A stretch of DNA of 43,170 nucleotides from a virus. Lineage: Duplodnaviria; Heunggongvirae; Uroviricota; Caudoviricetes. The notes beneath the pieces were generated by a model that was not told the DNA's origin, ran no database searches, and worked only from the letters and a program-made list of their open reading frames with translations. Made by a program: the position numbers and the translations under genes. The stretch is taken from IMG/VR virus record IMGVR_UViG_2534682162_000010, one strand, 5' to 3'. Positions 17,621-30,414 of this stretch are shown here, piece by piece (within the stretch, counting starts at the first letter, position 1; the number at the start of each line of letters is the position of its first letter).

Positions 17621-17836
17621 ATGAAATCCATGGATAAGTTAACAACGGGTGTCGCCTATGGCACCTCAGCAGGTAGTGCCGGTTACTGGTTTTTACAGCT
17701 GCTCGATAAAGTCACGCCCTCACAGTGGGCAGCAATAGGTGTGCTGGGTAGCCTGGTATTTGGCCTGCTGACGTACCTGACAAACCTTTATTTCAAGATT
17801 AAAGAAGATAAGCGCAAGGCTGCGAGAGGTGAATAA
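17621..17836 (+). CDS. essD: Pinholin (phage 21 S21-type class II holin)
   Basis: 71-aa translation [71 protein letters not shown]; dual start (MKSM); two TM segments. Confidence 0.92.
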
Positions 17837-18333
17837 TGCCTCCATCATTACGAAAAGCCGTTGCTGCTGCTATTGGTGGCGGAGCAATTGCTATAGCATC
17901 AGTGTTAATCACTGGCCCAAGTGGTAACGATGGTCTGGAAGGTGTCAGCTACATACCATACAAAGATATTGTTGGTGTATGGACTGTATGTCACGGGCAT
18001 ACAGGAAAAGACATCATGCTCGGTAAAACGTATACCAAAGCAGAATGCAAAGCACTCTTGAATAAAGACCTTGCCACTGTCGCCAGACAAATTAACCCGT
18101 ACATCGAAGTCGATATACCGGAAACAACGCGCGGCGCTCTTTACTCATTCGTTTACAACGTGGGTGCTGGCAATTTCAGAACATCGACGCTTCTTCGCAA
18201 AATAAACCAGGGCGATATCAAAGGCGCATGTGATCAGCTACGTCGCTGGACATATGCTGGCGGTAAGCAATGGAAAGGTCTCATGACTCGTCGTGAGATT
18301 GAGCGTGAAATCTGTTTGTGGGGTCAGCAATGA
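17836..18333 (+). CDS. rrrD: SAR endolysin (T4-lysozyme-like, GH24; R21-type)
   Basis: 165 aa with N-terminal signal-anchor-release segment ([20 protein letters not shown]) and lysozyme catalytic region. Confidence 0.92.
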   Translation: MPPSLRKAVAAAIGGGAIAIASVLITGPSGNDGLEGVSYIPYKDIVGVWTVCHGHTGKDIMLGKTYTKAECKALLNKDLATVARQINPYIEVDIPETTRGALYSFVYNVGAGNFRTSTLLRKINQGDIKGACDQLRRWTYAGGKQWKGLMTRREIEREICLWGQQ

Positions 18334-18791
18334 ACAGAGTAACCGCGATTATCTCCGCTCTGGTTATCTGCATCATCGTCTGCCTGTCATGGGCTGTTAA
18401 TCATTACCGTGATAACGCCATTACCTACAAAGCCCAGCGCGACAAAAATGCCAGAGAACTGAAGCTGGCGAACGCGGCAATTACTGATATGCAGATGCGC
18501 CAGCGTGATGTTGCTGCACTGGATGAAAAATACACGAAGGAGTTAGCTAATGCGAAAGCTGAAAATGATGCTCTGCGTGATGATGTTGCCGCTGGTCGTC
18601 GTCGGTTGCACATCAAAGCAGTCTGTCAGTCAGTGCGTGAAGCCACCACCGCCTCCGGCGTGGATAATGCAGCCTCCCCCCGACTGGCAGACACCGCTGA
18701 ACGGGATTATTTCACCCTCAGAGAGAGGCTGATCACTATGCAAAAACAACTGGAAGGAACCCAGAAGTATATTAATGAGCAGTGCAGATAG
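18330..18791 (+). CDS. rzpD: Rz i-spanin
   Basis: From the ATG overlapping the endolysin stop (ATGA): [23 protein letters not shown]... with N-terminal TM and coiled-coil periplasmic domain. Confidence 0.85.
   Translation: MNRVTAIISALVICIIVCLSWAVNHYRDNAITYKAQRDKNARELKLANAAITDMQMRQRDVAALDEKYTKELANAKAENDALRDDVAAGRRRLHIKAVCQSVREATTASGVDNAASPRLADTAERDYFTLRERLITMQKQLEGTQKYINEQCR
18550..18732 (+). CDS. rzoD: Rz1 o-spanin lipoprotein, embedded in the +1 frame of Rz
   Basis: [20 protein letters not shown] lipobox followed by Pro-rich mature part ([18 protein letters not shown]); entirely inside rzpD. Confidence 0.85.
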   Translation: MRKLKMMLCVMMLPLVVVGCTSKQSVSQCVKPPPPPAWIMQPPPDWQTPLNGIISPSERG

Positions 18792-18822
18792 AGCTGCCCA
18801 TATCGATGGGCAACTCATGCAA

Positions 18823-19116
18823 TTATTGTGAGCAATACACACGCGCTTCCAGCGGAGTATAAATGCCTAAAGTAATAAAACCGAGCAATCCATTTACGAA
18901 TGTTTGCTGGGTTTCTGTTTTAACAACATTTTCTGCGCCGCCACAAATTTTGGCTGCATCAACAGTTTTCTCCTGTCCAATTCCCGAAACGAAGAAGTGA
19001 TGGGTGATGGTTTCCTTTGGTGTTACTGCTGTCGGTTTGTTTCCAACAGTAAACGTCTGTTGAGCACATCCTGTAATAAGCATTGCCAGAGCGGCAGAAA
19101 ACAACATTTTTTTCAT
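18823..19116 (-). CDS. borD: Bor lipoprotein (serum-resistance moron)
   Basis: 97 aa from MKKMLFSAALAMLITGCAQQTFTVGNKPTAVTPKE... matches lambda Bor. The track start at 19164 is an upstream extension. Confidence 0.9.
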   Translation of the reverse strand: MKKMLFSAALAMLITGCAQQTFTVGNKPTAVTPKETITHHFFVSGIGQEKTVDAAKICGGAENVVKTETQQTFVNGLLGFITLGIYTPLEARVYCSQ

Positions 19117-19475
19117 CTTATTATCCTGCATTGTTAAAAACGGCAGAATCCTATGTGACAACAATTAAACGATAGTTAAATGGATTGATGAAAATTAAAA
19201 CTATATAGGTGGATGCTCAGCCTATTGGAGGAGGGGGGCACTCAGAATCCTGTGGAATGAAATAAACCGCTCTTTCTGTCCATTACCCTTTTAGCTGCGC
19301 TGTATCGTCGCCGTATTCCCGCATTAACCATGACCGTAGCCCGACGGGGAATTCCTTCTGCGTGAGTGTGCGGGAATAATCAAAAACGATGCACACCGGG
19401 TTTTACTGTGCTGACAGACGCAGGGTTACCCTCATAGTCGCTTTTCCGGTGCGATGGTGGAAGAAACCGGGATGT

Positions 19476-19670
19476 TTATTCATCATCACTTTGGATTGAT
19501 GTATATGCTCTCTTTTCTGACGTTAGTCTCCGACGGCAGGCTTCAATGACCCAGGCTGAGAAATTCCCAGACCCTTTTTGCTCAAGAGCGATGTTAATTT
19601 GTTCAATCATTTGGTTAGGAAAGCGGATGTTGCGGGTTGTTGTTCTGCGGGTTCTGTTCTTAGTTGACAT
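19476..19670 (-). CDS. Small basic protein near the phage right end
   Basis: 64-aa ORF MSTKNRTRRTTTRNIRFPNQMIEQINIALEQKGSGNFSAWVIEACRRRL...; surrounding DNA resembles the lambda right end; could be a ribbon-helix-helix-like fold. Confidence 0.45.
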   Translation of the reverse strand: MSTKNRTRRTTTRNIRFPNQMIEQINIALEQKGSGNFSAWVIEACRRRLTSEKRAYTSIQSDDE

Positions 19671-19819
19671 GAGGTTGCCCCGTATTCAGTGTCGCTGATT
19701 TGTATTGTCTGAAGTTGTTTTTACGTTAAGTTGATGCAGATCAATTAATACGATACCTGCGTCATAATTGATTATTTGACGTGGTTTGATGGCGTAGATG
19801 CACGTTGTGACATGTAGAT

Positions 19820-20058
19820 GATAATTATTATCATTTTGCGGGTCCTTTCCGGCGATCCGACAGGTTACGGGGCGGCGACCTCGCGGGTTTTCGCTATTTA
19901 TGAAAATTTTCCGGTTTAAGGCGTTTCCGTTCTTCTTCGTCATAACTTAATGTTTTTATTTAAAATACCCTCTGAAAAGAAAGGAAACGACAGGTGCTGA
20001 AAGCGAGCTTTTTGGCCTCTGTCGTTTCCTTTCTCTGTTTTTGTCCGTGGAATGAACA
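19820..20058 (+). promoter_or_regulatory. cos site (cosQ-cosN-cosB); cohesive-end sequence GGGCGGCGACCT at 19870-19881
   Basis: The 12-nt lambda cohesive end GGGCGGCGACCT and the following sequence (TCGCGGGTTTTCGCTATTTATGAAAATTTTCCGG...) match the lambda left end up to the nu1 start. Confidence 0.9.
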
Positions 20059-20578
20059 ATGGAAGTCAACAAAAAGCAGCTGGCTGACATTTTCGGTGCG
20101 AGTATCCGTACCATTCAGAACTGGCAGGAACAGGGAATGCCCGTTCTGCGAGGCGGTGGCAAGGGTAATGAGGTGCTTTATGACTCTGCCGCCGTCATAA
20201 AATGGTATGCCGAAAGGGATGCTGAAATTGAGAACGAAAAGCTGCGCCGGGAGGTTGAAGAACTGCGGCAGGCCAGCGAGGCAGATCTCCAGCCAGGAAC
20301 TATTGAGTACGAACGCCATCGACTTACGCGTGCGCAGGCCGACGCACAGGAACTGAAGAATGCCAGAGACTCCGCTGAAGTGGTGGAAACCGCATTCTGT
20401 ACTTTCGTGTTGTCGCGGATCGCAGGTGAAATTGCCAGTATTCTCGACGGGCTCCCCCTGTCGGTGCAGCGGCGTTTTCCGGAACTGGAAAACCGACATG
20501 TTGATTTCCTGAAACGGGATATCATCAAAGCCATGAACAAAGCAGCCGCGCTGGATGAACTGATACCGGGGTTGCTGA

Positions 20579-20604
<26 letters not shown>
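20059..20604 (+). CDS. nu1: Terminase small subunit Nu1
   Basis: 181-aa translation MEVNKKQLADIFGASIRTIQNWQEQGMPVLRGGGKGNEVLYDSAAVIKWYAERDAEIENEKLRREVEEL... matches lambda Nu1. Confidence 0.95.
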
Positions 20605-24285
<3,681 letters not shown>

Positions 24286-24305
<20 letters not shown>

Positions 24306-25605
24306 TCTCCCGCATATTGCCAGCATGGCCTTTAATGAGCCGCTTATGCTTGAACCCGCCTATGCGCGGGTTTTCTTTTGTGCGCTTGCAGGCCAGCTTG
24401 GGATCAGCCGCCTGACGGATGCGGTGTCCGGTGACAGCCTGACTGCCGGAGAGGCACCCGCGACGCTGGCGTTATCCGTTAATGATGACGGACCACGACA
24501 GGCCCGCAGTTATCAGGTCATGAACGGCATCGCCGTGCTGCCGGTTTCCGGCACGCTGGTCAGCCGGACGCGGGCGCTGCAGCCGTATTCGGGGATGACC
24601 GGTTACAACGGCATTATCGCCCGTCTGCAACAGGCTGCCAGCGACCCGATGGTGGACGGCATTCTGCTGGATATGGACACGCCAGGCGGGATGGTGGCAG
24701 GGGCATTTGACTGCGCTGACATCATCACCCGTGTGCGTGACATAAAGCCGGTATGGGCGCTGGCCAATGACATGAACTGCAGTGCAGGGCAGCTGCTTGC
24801 CAGCGCCGCCTCCCGGCGTCTGGTCACGCAGACCGCCCGGACAGGCTCCATCGGCGTCATGATGGCTCACAGTAATTACGGTGTTGCGCTGGAGAAACAG
24901 GGCGTGGAAATCACGCTGATTTACAGCGGCAGCCATAAGGTGGATGGCAACCCCTACAGCCATCTTCCGGATGACGTCCGGGAGACACTGCAGTCCCGGA
25001 TGGATGCAACCCGCCAGATGTTTGCGCAGAAGGTGTCGGCATATACCGGCCTGTCCGTGCAGGCTGTGCTGGATACCGAGGCTGCAGTGTACAGTGGTCA
25101 GGAGGCCATTGATGCCGGACTGGCTGATGAACTTGTCAACAGCACCGATGCGATCACCGTTATGCGTGATGCACTGGATGCACGTAAATCCCGTCTCTCA
25201 GGAGGGCGAATGACCAAAGAGACTCAATCAACAACTGTTTCAGCCACTGCTTCGCAGGCTGACGTTACTGACGTGGTGCCAGCGACGGAGGGCGAAAACG
25301 CCAGCGCGGCGCAGCCGGACGTGAACGCGCAGATCACCGCTGCGGTTGCGGCAGAAAACAGCCGCATTATGGGGATCCTCAACTGTGAGGAGGCTCACGG
25401 ACGCGAAGAACAGGCCCGCGTGCTGGCAGAAACCCCCGGTATGACCGTGGAAACGGCCCGCCGCATTCTGGCCGCAGCACCACAGAGTGCACAGGCGCGC
25501 AGTGACACTGCGCTGGATCGTCTGATGCAGGGGGCACCGGCACCGCTGGCTGCAGGTAACCCGGCATCTGATGCCGTTAACGATTTGCTGAACACACCAG
25601 TGTAA
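24286..25605 (+). CDS. C: Head protease/scaffold protein C (ClpP/SppA-like)
   Basis: GTG start overlapping the end of B; 439 aa beginning (V/M)TAELRNLPHIASMAFNEPLMLEPAYARVFF... matches lambda gpC. The track ORF at 24139 is an out-of-context upstream extension. Confidence 0.9.
25000..25605 (+). CDS. nu3: Scaffolding protein Nu3 (in-frame internal start within C)
   Basis: An in-frame ATG at 25000 gives MDATRQMFAQKVSAYTGLSVQAVLDTEAAV... sharing the C stop, as in lambda C/Nu3 nesting. Confidence 0.6.
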   Translation: MDATRQMFAQKVSAYTGLSVQAVLDTEAAVYSGQEAIDAGLADELVNSTDAITVMRDALDARKSRLSGGRMTKETQSTTVSATASQADVTDVVPATEGENASAAQPDVNAQITAAVAAENSRIMGILNCEEAHGREEQARVLAETPGMTVETARRILAAAPQSAQARSDTALDRLMQGAPAPLAAGNPASDAVNDLLNTPV

Positions 25606-25614
25606 GGGATGTTT

Positions 25615-25947
25615 ATGACGAGCAAAGAAACCTTTACCCATTACCAGCCGCTGGGCAACAGTGACCCGGCTCATACCGCAACCGCGCCCGGCGGATTGAG
25701 TGCGAAAGCGCCTGCAATGACCCCGCTGATGCTGGACACCTCCACCCGTAAGCTGGTTGCGTGGGATGGCACCACCGACGGTGCTGCCGTTGGCATTCTT
25801 GCGGTTGCTGCTGACCAGACCAGCACCACACTGACGTTCTACAAGTCCGGCACGTTCCGTTATGAGGATGTGCTCTGGCCGGAGGCTGCCAGCGACGAGA
25901 CGAAAAAACGGACCGCGTTTGCCGGAACGGCAATCAGCATCGTTTAA
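25615..25947 (+). CDS. D: Head decoration protein D
   Basis: 110 aa from [52 protein letters not shown]... matches lambda gpD; SD aaggga. Confidence 0.95.
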   Translation: MTSKETFTHYQPLGNSDPAHTATAPGGLSAKAPAMTPLMLDTSTRKLVAWDGTTDGAAVGILAVAADQTSTTLTFYKSGTFRYEDVLWPEAASDETKKRTAFAGTAISIV

Positions 25948-26002
25948 CTTTACCCTTCATCACTAAAGGCCGCCTGTGCGGCTTTTTTTACGGGATTTTT
26001 TT

Positions 26003-27028
26003 ATGTCGATGTACACAACCGCCCAGCTGCTGGCGGCAAATGAGCAGAAATTTAAGTTTGATCCGCTGTTTCTGCGTCTCTTTTTCCGTGAGAGCTATCC
26101 CTTCACCACGGAGAAAGTCTATCTCTCACAAATTCCGGGACTGGTAAACATGGCGCTGTACGTTTCGCCGATTGTTTCCGGTGAGGTTATCCGCTCCCGT
26201 GGCGGCTCCACCTCTGAATTTACACCGGGATATGTCAAGCCGAAGCATGAGGTGAATCCGCAGATGACCCTGCGTCGCCTGCCGGATGAAGATCCGCAGA
26301 ATCTGGCGGACCCGGCTTACCGCCGCCGTCGCATCATCATGCAGAACATGCGAGACGAAGAGCTGGCCATTGCTCAGGTCGAAGAGATGCAGGCAGTTTC
26401 TGCTGTGCTTAAGGGCAAATACACCATGACCGGTGAAGCCTTCGATCCGGTTGAGGTGGATATGGGCCGCAGTGCGGCGAACAACATCACACAGTCCGGT
26501 GGTACGGAGTGGAGCAAGCGTGACAAGTCCACGTATGACCCGACCGACGATATCGAAGCCTATGCGCTGAACGCCAGCGGAGTGGTGAATATCATCGTGT
26601 TTGATCCGAAAGGCTGGGCGCTGTTCCGTTCCTTCAAAGCCGTCAAGGAGAAGCTGGATACCCGTCGCGGCTCTAATTCCGAGCTGGAGACAGCGGTAAA
26701 AGACCTGGGCGAAGCGGTGTCCTATAAGGGAATGTATGGCGATACGGCGATCGTCGTGTATTCCGGACAGTACGTGGAAAACGACGTCAAAAAGAACTTC
26801 CTGCCGGACAACACGATGGTGCTGGGGAACACTCAGGCACGCGGTCTGCGCACCTATGGCTGCATTCAGGATGCGGACGCACAGCGCGAAGGTATTAACG
26901 CCTCTGCCCGCTACCCGAAAAACTGGGTGACCACCGGCGATCCGGCGCGTGAGTTCACCATGATTCAGTCAGCACCGCTGATGCTGCTGGCTGACCCTGA
27001 TGCGTTCGTGTCCGTACAACTGGCGTAA
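26003..27028 (+). CDS. E: Major capsid protein E
   Basis: 341 aa from MSMYTTAQLLAANEQKFKFDPLFLRLFFRESYPFTTEKVYLSQIPGLVNM... matches lambda gpE. Confidence 0.96.
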   Translation: MSMYTTAQLLAANEQKFKFDPLFLRLFFRESYPFTTEKVYLSQIPGLVNMALYVSPIVSGEVIRSRGGSTSEFTPGYVKPKHEVNPQMTLRRLPDEDPQNLADPAYRRRRIIMQNMRDEELAIAQVEEMQAVSAVLKGKYTMTGEAFDPVEVDMGRSAANNITQSGGTEWSKRDKSTYDPTDDIEAYALNASGVVNIIVFDPKGWALFRSFKAVKEKLDTRRGSNSELETAVKDLGEAVSYKGMYGDTAIVVYSGQYVENDVKKNFLPDNTMVLGNTQARGLRTYGCIQDADAQREGINASARYPKNWVTTGDPAREFTMIQSAPLMLLADPDAFVSVQLA

Positions 27029-27069
27029 TCATGGCCCTTCGGGGCCATTTTCTCTCTGTGGAGGAGTCC

Positions 27070-27465
27070 ATGACGAAAAATGAACTGATTGCCCGTCTTC
27101 AGGTGCTGGGTGAGCAACTGAACCGTGATGTCAGCCTGACGGGGACGAAAGAAGAACTGGTGCTCCGTGTGGCAGAGCTGGAAGAGGAGCTTGATGACAC
27201 GGATGACGCTGCCGGTCAGGACACATCTGTCAGCCCGGAAAATGCGTTGACCGGACATGAAAATGAGGTTGTATCAGCGCAGCCGGATACCGTGACTGAT
27301 ACGGCTGATCTGGTCACGGTTGTGGCACTGGTGACGCTGCATACTGATGCACTTCACGCCACGCGGGATGAGGCTGTGGCATTTGTGCTGCCGGGAACGG
27401 CGTTCCGTGTCTCTGCCGGTGTGGCAGCCGAAATGACAGAGCGCGGCCTGGCCAGAATGCAATAA
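27070..27465 (+). CDS. FI: DNA packaging protein FI
   Basis: 131 aa from MTKNELIARLQVLGEQLNRDVSLTGTKEEL... matches lambda gpFI; SD ggagg. Confidence 0.9.
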   Translation: MTKNELIARLQVLGEQLNRDVSLTGTKEELVLRVAELEEELDDTDDAAGQDTSVSPENALTGHENEVVSAQPDTVTDTADLVTVVALVTLHTDALHATRDEAVAFVLPGTAFRVSAGVAAEMTERGLARMQ

Positions 27466-27476
27466 CGGGAGGCGCT

Positions 27477-27830
27477 GTGGCTGATTTCGATAACCTGTTC
27501 GATGCTGCCATTGCCCGCGCCGATGAAACGATACGCGGGTACATGGGAACGTCAGCCACCATGACATCCGGTGAGCAGTCCGGTGCTGTGATACGTGGTG
27601 TTTTTGATGACCCTGAAAATATCAGCTATGCCGGACAGGGCGTGCGCGTTGAAGGCTCCAGCCCGTCCCTGTTTGTCCGGACTGATGATGTGCGGCAGCT
27701 GCGGCGCGGCGACACGCTGACCATCGGTGAGGAAAACTTCTGGATAGACCGGATTTCGCCGGATGATGGCGGAAGCTGTCATCTCTGGCTTGGGCGGGGC
27801 GTACCGCCTGCCGTTAACCGTCGCCGCTGA
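27477..27830 (+). CDS. FII: Head-tail connector FII
   Basis: 117-aa translation MADFDNLFDAAIARADETIRGYMGTSATMTSGEQSGAVIRGVFDDPENISYAGQGVRVEG... matches lambda gpFII. Confidence 0.94.
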   Translation: MADFDNLFDAAIARADETIRGYMGTSATMTSGEQSGAVIRGVFDDPENISYAGQGVRVEGSSPSLFVRTDDVRQLRRGDTLTIGEENFWIDRISPDDGGSCHLWLGRGVPPAVNRRR

Positions 27831-27841
27831 AAGGGGGATGT

Positions 27842-28420
27842 ATGGCCATAAAAGGTCTTGAGCAGGCCGTTGAAAACCTCAGCCGTATCAGCAGAACGGC
27901 GGTGCCCGGTGCCGCCGCAATGGCCATTAACCGCGTTGCTTCATCCGCGATATCGCAGTCGGCGTCACAGGTTGCCCGTGAGACAAAGGTACGCCGGAAA
28001 CTGGTAAAGGAAAGGGCCAGGCTGAAAAGGGCCACGGTCAAAAATCCGCAGGCCAGAATCAAGGTTAACCGGGGGGATTTGCCCGTAATAAAGCTGGGTA
28101 ACGCGCGGATTGTCCTGTCCCGACGCAGGCGTCGTAAAAAGGGGCAGCGTTCAGCCCTGAAAGGTGGCGGCAGCGTGCTTGTGGTGGGAAACCGTCGTAT
28201 TCCCGGCGCGTTTATTCAGCAACTGAAAAATGGCCGCTGGCATGTCATGCAGCGTGTGGCCGGGAAAAACCGTTACCCCATTGATGTGGTGAAAATCCCG
28301 ATGGCGGTGCCGCTGACCACGGCGTTTAAACAAAATATTGAGCGGATACGGCGTGAACGTCTTCCGAAAGAGCTGGGCTATGCGCTGCAGCATCAACTGA
28401 GGATGGTAATAAAGCGATGA
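27842..28420 (+). CDS. Z: Tail completion protein Z
   Basis: 192-aa translation MAIKGLEQAVENLSRISRTAVPGAAAMAINRVASSAISQSASQVARETKVRRKLV... matches lambda gpZ. Confidence 0.94.
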   Translation: MAIKGLEQAVENLSRISRTAVPGAAAMAINRVASSAISQSASQVARETKVRRKLVKERARLKRATVKNPQARIKVNRGDLPVIKLGNARIVLSRRRRRKKGQRSALKGGGSVLVVGNRRIPGAFIQQLKNGRWHVMQRVAGKNRYPIDVVKIPMAVPLTTAFKQNIERIRRERLPKELGYALQHQLRMVIKR

Positions 28421-28812
28421 AACATACTGAACTCCGTGCAGCCGTACTGGATGCACTGGAGAAGCATGACACCGGGGCGACGTTTTTTGATGGTCGCCCC
28501 GCTGTTTTTGATGAGGCGGATTTTCCGGCAGTTGCCGTTTATCTCACCGGCGCTGAATACACGGGCGAAGAGCTGGACAGCGATACCTGGCAGGCGGAGC
28601 TGCATATCGAAGTTTTCCTGCCTGCTCAGGTGCCGGATTCAGAGCTGGATGCGTGGATGGAGTCCCGGATTTATCCGGTGATGAGCGATATCCCGGCACT
28701 GTCAGATTTGATCACCAGTATGGTGGCCAGCGGCTATGACTACCGGCGCGACGATGATGCGGGCCTGTGGAGTTCAGCCGATCTGACTTATGTCATTACC
28801 TATGAAATGTGA
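28417..28812 (+). CDS. U: Tail terminator U
   Basis: 131-aa translation [54 protein letters not shown]... matches lambda gpU. Confidence 0.94.
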
Positions 28813-28819
28813 GGACGCT

Positions 28820-29560
28820 ATGCCTGTACCAAATCCTACAATGCCGGTGAAAGGTGCCGGGACCACCCTGTGGGTTTATAAGGGGAGCGGTGACCCTTAT
28901 GCGAATCCGCTTTCAGACGTTGACTGGTCGCGTCTGGCAAAAGTTAAAGACCTGACGCCCGGCGAACTGACCGCTGAGTCCTATGACGACAGCTATCTCG
29001 ATGATGAAGATGCAGACTGGACTGCGACCGGGCAGGGGCAGAAATCTGCCGGAGATACCAGCTTCACGCTGGCGTGGATGCCCGGAGAGCAGGGGCAGCA
29101 GGCGCTGCTGGCGTGGTTTAATGAAGGCGATACCCGTGCCTATAAAATCCGCTTCCCGAACGGCACGGTCGATGTGTTCCGTGGCTGGGTCAGCAGTATC
29201 GGTAAGGCGGTGACGGCGAAGGAAGTGATCACCCGCACGGTGAAAGTCACCAATGTGGGACGTCCGTCGATGGCAGAAGATCGCAGCACGGTAACAGCGG
29301 CAACCGGCATGACCGTGACGCCTGCCAGCACCTCGGTGGTGAAAGGGCAGAGCACCACGCTGACCGTGGCCTTCCAGCCGGAGGGCGTAACCGACAAGAG
29401 CTTTCGTGCGGTGTCTGCGGATAAAACAAAAGCCACCGTGTCGGTCAGTGGTATGACCATCACCGTGAACGGCGTTGCTGCAGGCAAGGTCAACATTCCG
29501 GTTGTATCCGGTAATGGTGAGTTTGCTGCGGTTGCAGAAATTACCGTCACCGCCAGTTAA
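28820..29560 (+). CDS. V: Major tail tube protein V
   Basis: 246 aa from [67 protein letters not shown]... matches lambda gpV, including the C-terminal Ig-like domain. Confidence 0.94.
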
Positions 29561-29575
29561 TCCGGAGAGTCAGCG

Positions 29576-29998
29576 ATGTTCCTGAAAACCGAATCATTTG
29601 AACATAACGGCGTGACCGTCACGCTTTCTGAACTGTCAGCCCTGCAGCGTATTGAGCATCTCGCCCTGATGAAACGGCAGGCAGAACAGGCGGAGTCAGA
29701 CAGCAACCGGAAGTTTACTGTGGAAGACGCCATCAGAACCGGCGCGTTTCTGGTGGCGATGTCCCTGTGGCATAACCATCCGCAGAAGACGCAGATGCCG
29801 TCCATGAATGAAGCCGTTAAACAGATTGAGCAGGAAGTGCTTACCACCTGGCCCACGGAGGCAATTTCTCATGCTGAAAACGTGGTGTACCGGCTGTCTG
29901 GTATGTATGAGTTTGTGGTGAATAATGCCCCTGAACAGACAGAGGACGCCGGGCCCGCAGAGCCTGTTTCTGCGGGAAAGTGTTCGACGGTGAGCTGA
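29576..29998 (+). CDS. G: Tail assembly chaperone G
   Basis: 140-aa translation MFLKTESFEHNGVTVTLSELSALQRIEHLALMKRQAEQAESDSNRKFTVEDAIRTGAFLV... matches lambda gpG. Confidence 0.94.
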   Translation: MFLKTESFEHNGVTVTLSELSALQRIEHLALMKRQAEQAESDSNRKFTVEDAIRTGAFLVAMSLWHNHPQKTQMPSMNEAVKQIEQEVLTTWPTEAISHAENVVYRLSGMYEFVVNNAPEQTEDAGPAEPVSAGKCSTVS

Positions 29999-30414
29999 GT
30001 TTTGCCCTGAAACTGGCGCGTGAGATGGGGCGACCCGACTGGCGTGCCATGCTTGCCGGGATGTCATCCACGGAGTATGCCGACTGGCACCGCTTTTACA
30101 GTACCCATTATTTTCATGATGTTCTGCTGGATATGCACTTTTCCGGGCTGACGTACACCGTGCTCAGCCTGTTTTTCAGCGATCCGGATATGCATCCGCT
30201 GGATTTCAGTCTGCTGAACCGGCGCGAGGCTGACGAAGAGCCTGAAGATGATGTGCTGATGCAGAAAGCGGCAGGGCTTGCCGGAGGTGTCCGCTTTGGC
30301 CCGGACGGGAATGAAGTTATCCCCGCTTCCCCGGATGTGGCGGACATGACGGAGGATGACGTAATGCTGATGACAGTATCAGAAGGGATCGCAGGAGGAG
30401 TCCGGTATGGCTGA
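29974..30414 (+). CDS. T: T segment of the G-T fusion chaperone, reached by -1 programmed frameshift at G GGA AAG (29974-29980)
   Basis: Slippery heptamer GGGAAAG near the end of G; the -1 frame is open to 30414 (...FDGELSFALKLAREMGRPDWRAMLAGMSSTEYADWHRFY...) and has no independent start context, as in lambda G-T. Confidence 0.85.
   Translation, partial: GKVFDGELSFALKLAREMGRPDWRAMLAGMSSTEYADWHRFYSTHYFHDVLLDMHFSGLTYTVLSLFFSDPDMHPLDFSLLNRREADEEPEDDVLMQKAAGLAGGVRFGPDGNEVIPASPDVADMTEDDVMLMTVSEGIAGGVRYG

Noticed and set aside
19117-19475. Possible gene in the 360-bp bor-to-right-end spacer
   Set aside because: No ORF of meaningful length with start context; the region looks like lambda right-end non-coding DNA with a deletion relative to lambda.
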